Below, piece by piece: positions 25,650 to 32,000 of a stretch of DNA of 32,000 nt. Position numbers and translations under genes: made by a program. This stretch comes from an uncultured bacterium (lineage in GTDB: Bacteria > GCA-001730085), in assembly GCA_964565945.1 (NCBI GenBank), contig CAZMGY010000033.1, forward strand, positions 6,338 through 38,337, given 5' to 3'. The notes beneath the pieces were generated by a model, which was not told the DNA's origin, made no database searches, and saw nothing but the letters and a program-made list of their open reading frames with translations. Each line of letters opens with the position of its first letter. Within the stretch, counting starts at the first letter, position 1.

Positions 25650-26741
25650 CTAGTCCCGATAACGATGAACACTTAAAATCAAGCCCACCCCCACCAAAGA
25701 GGTAATCAAAGCCGAACCACCATAACTCAAAAAGGGCAAGGGCAGCCCCGTCACAGGAAAAGCACCAAACGTCATACCAATGTTAATGAGCATTTGAAAA
25801 GCCAGTAATATCATAATCCCTGTTACCATGCACCGCCCAAAGGTATCATACGTATTTTGAGCAACCATTAAGGCTCGCGTAATTAAGGCAAAAAATAAAG
25901 CAAAAAGCACCAGCACTCCTAAAAAGCCCCACTCTTCTGCCAAGACCGAAAAAATGAAGTCGGTGTAGTGCTCGGGAAGAAAGTCTAACTGCGTTTGAGA
26001 ACCTTTCATCATTCCTTTGCCGCTCCAGCGTCCGGATCCAATCGCGATACGCGACTGGAGGATCGTCCAGCCCGAACCAAACTGATCATTCTGCGGATTC
26101 AAAAACATAAAAATGCGCCGTTTCTGATAAGGTTTTAAAATTATAAACCACATCACAGGCGCCATCATTAACCCCATTCCCCCCAAGGCAAAAAGATAAC
26201 GCAAGGGTGCCCCCGCCACAAAAATCATACCCATATAAATAGGCACAAAAACCAACGCGGTTCCTAAGTCGGGCTCAAACGCGATAAGTACCACAGGAGG
26301 AATCGTCATCAACCCCGAAAAAATCATATGTTTCCACGAAAAAGACTCATTGCACACAGCATCGAGATACCAAGCCAAAGAAATAATGTAAATCACCTTC
26401 ATAAACTCAGAAGGCTGCAAGGTCATAGGACCAAAATGCAACCATCGCTGCGATCCCGATATGGTGGGTCCAAACAAAAGAACCGCCAACAACGATCCTA
26501 GTCCAACCGCGTAAAATATCCACGATATCATACCCAGCTGACGATAATCGATATAAGCCAAACTAAACAACAAGATAAAACCAATCCCCAACCAAATGAT
26601 TTGGCGTGCCCAATAAAATTCAGCTAAACCTAAGGCCTGAGACTTATAGGTTGCACTATACAGAACCGTCATCGCCACCACCAAAAGAACGACCACAATG
26701 CCTAGTAATATCCAGTCGATTGTTCCTTTATACCTCTTCAT
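25650..26741 (-). CDS. rodA: Peptidoglycan glycosyltransferase RodA (SEDS family)
   Basis: 363 aa and polytopic. QPSEFMKV, PDLGTALV and FLPEHYTDFIFSVLAEEWGF motifs. It lies immediately downstream of mrdA (14-nt overlap). Confidence 0.9.
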   Translation of the reverse strand: MKRYKGTIDWILLGIVVVLLVVAMTVLYSATYKSQALGLAEFYWARQIIWLGIGFILLFSLAYIDYRQLGMISWIFYAVGLGSLLAVLLFGPTISGSQRWLHFGPMTLQPSEFMKVIYIISLAWYLDAVCNESFSWKHMIFSGLMTIPPVVLIAFEPDLGTALVFVPIYMGMIFVAGAPLRYLFALGGMGLMMAPVMWFIILKPYQKRRIFMFLNPQNDQFGSGWTILQSRIAIGSGRWSGKGMMKGSQTQLDFLPEHYTDFIFSVLAEEWGFLGVLVLFALFFALITRALMVAQNTYDTFGRCMVTGIMILLAFQMLINIGMTFGAFPVTGLPLPFLSYGGSALITSLVGVGLILSVHRYRD

Positions 26742-28560
26742 CTTTGAGTTTATCCTTCATAGGAATAGTTAAATTTCCATAGGTTGGTAAAGCAAAAATA
26801 TCATTGAAAATATGCTGGGCTACTTTTGCGGCATAACGTCCTCCCGACTCACCATGCTCTAAAAACACTATCACACTCACCTTTGGTTCATCAAACGGCG
26901 CATAGCCAGTAAACCACGCATGATTTCGATATTTTTCTGGGATCTGATCACCAAATGATTTTTTTTTCTGTTTGCCAACAACTTGAGCGGTTCCTGTTTT
27001 ACCAGCCACCACAACTTCTTCTAAAAAGGCCCTTTGCCCCGTCCCTCGGGGATCGTTCACCACCTCTCGCATACCTTGATGAATCAATCCCAATTGTTCT
27101 GGCGACCAATTGAAACGTTTGACTTTAGGAGTTAAGATTTCGAACACTTGCCCATCCGCATCTTGTACCCATCGCACCAAGTGGGGCTGAATCCATTTCC
27201 CTCCATTGATCACACTATTAACCGCCGTAAGCATCTGCAAAGGAGTTACCAACAAATAGCCCTGTCCAATGCTAAAATTAGCCGTCTCTCCAGGGTACCA
27301 ACGTTGACGAAAACGTTTTTGTTTCCAAGCACGACTAGGAACAAACCCTGACTTCTCATTGAGCAAATCAATTCCCGTGGGTTGACCAAAACCGAAATTC
27401 TTCGTGTGCGCCACCAGATTATCAATCGGCATTTTTTGAGTGAGGCGATAAAAGTAAATATTGCACGAAGTGCGCAACGCTTGAACCAAATTCACATCAC
27501 TATGGCCATCTTCGTACCAACAATGAAACAAACGTCCTATCTGGTAAGAGCCCGAGCAATAATATTGAGTCGTACCCGTCACTTTTTTTTCGAGTATACC
27601 CGTTAATCCTATAAAAATTTTAAAAATCGACGAAGGGGGATACGCTGCCCCAATCGCACGATTCAACAAAGACCATTCCTTACGATCATTTAAAACTTTT
27701 TTCAGTTCTTGAGAACGTGACCTTTGAACAAAAATATTAGGATCAAACCCAGGACAACTCACCATGGCCAACACCTCCCCATTGCTAGGATCCATCACCA
27801 CCACGGCCCCTTTGTGCCCAGCCATCGCTTGTTGGGCAATCCGTTGTACATCTAAATCCAAGGTGATCACCAAATCATTCCCCTTCTTAGGTGCTTTGTA
27901 ACCTAATTCCTGCTTAGGATGCCCCAAGGCATTCACCTCAATTTGCCTTCCACCCTTTTGCCCTTTCAAATAAGGCTCATAAACTTTTTCCATCCCTTTT
28001 TTACCAAGGATGTCTCCTAATCCATAACCATGCGGTCGCAAAGCTTTCAGTTCTTTGGCATTGATCTCGCCAACATACCCTAAAACATGAGCCGCCAAGT
28101 CACCATGAATATAATCGCGTTTAGGTTGCACACTCACAAAAACACCTGGTAAGTGCAAGGCATTTTCTTCAATAATAGCCACTTTCTTTCGCGTAATATC
28201 CCGAAACAAGCGATTTGGTAAAAAAACAGGTTGACAACTTTTGCGAATTTTGGCCCAAATATCGGCCACATCCACATTCATGATCTGCGCAAGGCGGCTG
28301 ATCGTTTGGGGATATTTTTTTAACTCTTTACCCACAAACAAGACATCAAAAGAAGGCCGATTATCGACAAGAAGCCTTTGATGACGATCATAAATCGACC
28401 CACGCGGAGCTTCTAAGGCAATATGCTTAATGCGATTCTCTCGAGACAAAGTCAAATAATACTCGCCCCGATTAATCTGAAGTCGCCACAATCCCACCAA
28501 CAAAGCTCCCATAGCTAAACCTATGAAAATCCATAAAATATATAATCGCACCACGCCCAT
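26728..28560 (-). CDS. mrdA: Penicillin-binding protein 2 (elongasome transpeptidase)
   Basis: Ser-x-x-Lys as SSIFK, S-x-N as SCN, and KTGTA, with an N-terminal TM anchor. I prefer the ATG at 28558-28560 (MGVVRLYILW; TAATG overlap with the mreD stop) over the track's 28626. Confidence 0.9.
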   Translation of the reverse strand: MGVVRLYILWIFIGLAMGALLVGLWRLQINRGEYYLTLSRENRIKHIALEAPRGSIYDRHQRLLVDNRPSFDVLFVGKELKKYPQTISRLAQIMNVDVADIWAKIRKSCQPVFLPNRLFRDITRKKVAIIEENALHLPGVFVSVQPKRDYIHGDLAAHVLGYVGEINAKELKALRPHGYGLGDILGKKGMEKVYEPYLKGQKGGRQIEVNALGHPKQELGYKAPKKGNDLVITLDLDVQRIAQQAMAGHKGAVVVMDPSNGEVLAMVSCPGFDPNIFVQRSRSQELKKVLNDRKEWSLLNRAIGAAYPPSSIFKIFIGLTGILEKKVTGTTQYYCSGSYQIGRLFHCWYEDGHSDVNLVQALRTSCNIYFYRLTQKMPIDNLVAHTKNFGFGQPTGIDLLNEKSGFVPSRAWKQKRFRQRWYPGETANFSIGQGYLLVTPLQMLTAVNSVINGGKWIQPHLVRWVQDADGQVFEILTPKVKRFNWSPEQLGLIHQGMREVVNDPRGTGQRAFLEEVVVAGKTGTAQVVGKQKKKSFGDQIPEKYRNHAWFTGYAPFDEPKVSVIVFLEHGESGGRYAAKVAQHIFNDIFALPTYGNLTIPMKDKLKDEEV

Positions 28561-29051
28561 TAACGCCGAACTCCCACAGGGGCCAATACACAGAGGCATG
28601 TCCCATTCAGCAAAGCTGTATTCCATAGTAACGACCAGCGAAACACCGAAAAGGTCAATTCAGTTCCGCTAACTAAAATAATCAAAGACATCAGCTGAAA
28701 AAACAATGCTACCACAGTGAAAGCAACCCAACGAGCAATCCAACCAGCACGTTCAAGACTATCCATCATCCCCATCAACAAACAGGTTGTCATTAAAAAG
28801 CTAAGCATAGATAAACCAAACTCATTGACTGAAAACAAGTCGTAGCACAGGCCAAAAACCAGGGCGACGAGCGCTCCATTCAAAAAACGATGTCTCAGCG
28901 AGGATTCTTGAATCATAACATAGATTGCCACACACACAAACAAGCAAAACCCTAGATCAAAAAAACCATATTCACCTGCATACTGATTGATATAAACGTG
29001 AAGAATAAGCCCCAAAAATGCCACTACACTGGATCCTAAAAAAATCACCAT
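28560..29051 (-). CDS. mreD: Rod shape-determining protein MreD
   Basis: 163-aa all-hydrophobic protein (about 5 TM) located between mreC and mrdA. Confidence 0.8.
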   Translation of the reverse strand: MVIFLGSSVVAFLGLILHVYINQYAGEYGFFDLGFCLFVCVAIYVMIQESSLRHRFLNGALVALVFGLCYDLFSVNEFGLSMLSFLMTTCLLMGMMDSLERAGWIARWVAFTVVALFFQLMSLIILVSGTELTFSVFRWSLLWNTALLNGTCLCVLAPVGVRR

Positions 29052-29060
29052 GATTTGGTA

Positions 29061-29858
29061 TTAGGCCTCACGCGTATTGATCATAATCAACACCTCCTCT
29101 AGTGACGAAAATATGATCGAAGGCGTAATCGCAACTTCTTTAAAAAGTTTATTGCGCGTCTGACTCACCGACTTAACCCCTCCCACAATCAAGCCTTTGG
29201 GGAAAACGCCTCCAAAGCCCGAGGTAATCACAACATCTGTAGGATAAATATCGGCTTTGGCATCCACATAGTGCATAACCGCTTTGCCCTGTCCATGTCC
29301 CTGAACGATCCCTTCTACACGACTACTTTGCAAAAGAGTGCTCACTTTAAAGGCCCGATCTGTAATCAGAATCATTCGACTCAAGTGGGCCCCAACTTCG
29401 ACAATCATCCCCACCAAACCATAAGCCGTCACAACAGGCATATCCTCGGTGATTCCGTCTTTCTTCCCTTTGTTAAGCATCAAACTGCTTCGCCATTGAC
29501 TCGCATCACGTCCAATTACCTGAGCTGGGAGCGTATCGCCAATAACCGTGCGACGAAAATTCAAAAGCTCACGCAACCGAGCATTCTCATCCTCAATTTC
29601 TTTCAAATAAACCAAATAACCTTCTAATTCATCGATCTTGTAATTCAGTTTTTGATTTTCATTCACTAACCATTGAGGAAAAGCCAGGCGGTCGGCCACC
29701 GAAAAGCTACCTTTGGTGGCAAAATCAATGGCGCGCATCAAAGGCATCGTTATATTTAAAGCTACACGTTTGGTGAATTGAAAAGAATCAGAAAAGTTAA
29801 GAAAAATAAGTGGAATCAATAAGACTGCAAAGAGTATAATTTTGTAATTGTAACGCAC
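29061..29858 (-). CDS. mreC: Rod shape-determining protein MreC
   Basis: 265 aa with a GTG start, N-terminal TM, a coiled coil (ENARLRELL), then beta-barrel repeats (GLVGMIVEVG...SRVEGIVQG...VITSGFGGVFPKGL). Confidence 0.9.
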   Translation of the reverse strand: MRYNYKIILFAVLLIPLIFLNFSDSFQFTKRVALNITMPLMRAIDFATKGSFSVADRLAFPQWLVNENQKLNYKIDELEGYLVYLKEIEDENARLRELLNFRRTVIGDTLPAQVIGRDASQWRSSLMLNKGKKDGITEDMPVVTAYGLVGMIVEVGAHLSRMILITDRAFKVSTLLQSSRVEGIVQGHGQGKAVMHYVDAKADIYPTDVVITSGFGGVFPKGLIVGGVKSVSQTRNKLFKEVAITPSIIFSSLEEVLIMINTREA

Positions 29859-29866
29859 ACTACCTA

Positions 29867-31644
<1,778 letters not shown>

Positions 31645-31692
31645 TATATATCTTTAGAAAGTGCTCCTCAAGAACTAAAACTTTACGCAGTC

Positions 31693-31920
31693 TTATTTTG
31701 GAGTTGGGACAGAGATGCCCTGGAATACATACGTGCAAAGATAACGAATTAGGCTGAAACTCAAGGAATTAGATTTTTGAATACATCCCCCGAAATCGCA
31801 CGGATAAGATACGATTGGCTTGCTCAAGATAGCTTTGATTCTATATTTGAGATGCAACCCAAATCCAAAAATAAAAACCACCAACACCACAAAAATAGTT
31901 TTTTCAACGTAAAAAACCAC
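31693..31920 (-). CDS. Possible small membrane protein (hypothetical)
   Basis: 75-aa ORF with one N-terminal hydrophobic helix, a GTG start, no SD and no recognisable family. It may be non-coding. Confidence 0.2.
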   Translation of the reverse strand: MVFYVEKTIFVVLVVFIFGFGLHLKYRIKAILSKPIVSYPCDFGGCIQKSNSLSFSLIRYLCTYVFQGISVPTPK

Positions 31921-32000
31921 CTAACCACTATTTTTTTACTTAAATATTATGATTTCACCCAAAATCAATTGCCTAATGCTTTTGTCCACTTAATTCAGAG

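Overview
All calls below come from reading the sequence and recalling motifs; no database or HMM search was possible. The window looks like a diderm (Gram-negative-type) bacterium of moderate to low GC, with almost every gene on the minus strand.

The left ~8.4 kb is accessory:
- The 5' part of a czcC-czcB-type heavy-metal RND efflux operon, preceded by a small exported Cys/His ORF.
- A decayed IS3-family element with recognisable inverted repeats.
- A ~4.7-kb degraded prophage remnant integrated into tRNA-Glu and bounded by a 27-bp att direct repeat. It carries a dead tyrosine integrase, a 5'-truncated tape-measure gene, and a broken tail-module gene built from ~94-aa cadherin-like repeats plus RTX nonapeptides.

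The rest is core genome, in coordinate order:
- tRNA-Glu and tRNA-Lys.
- frr-pyrH-tsf-rpsB; S2 carries a long charged C-terminal tail.
- A MATE transporter, an unknown exported protein, rnc, a GT-C-like polytopic membrane protein, a YkgJ Cys-cluster protein and an HD-GYP phosphodiesterase.
- A pilin-less GspF/PilC platform gene plus two tandem GspE/PilB ATPases, both with MshEN-type (c-di-GMP receptor) N-termini.
- A GT4 glycosyltransferase and, divergently, a Zn-ribbon/methyltransferase-GT2 fusion split by a frameshift.
- rodA-mrdA-mreD-mreC-mreB and a DUF3108-like gene.

No rRNA, CRISPR array or recognisable defence system was seen. The best candidates for follow-up are the orphan dual-ATPase/platform module next to the HD-GYP gene and the phage-borne cadherin/RTX repeat protein. 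Neither is demonstrably novel from sequence alone.
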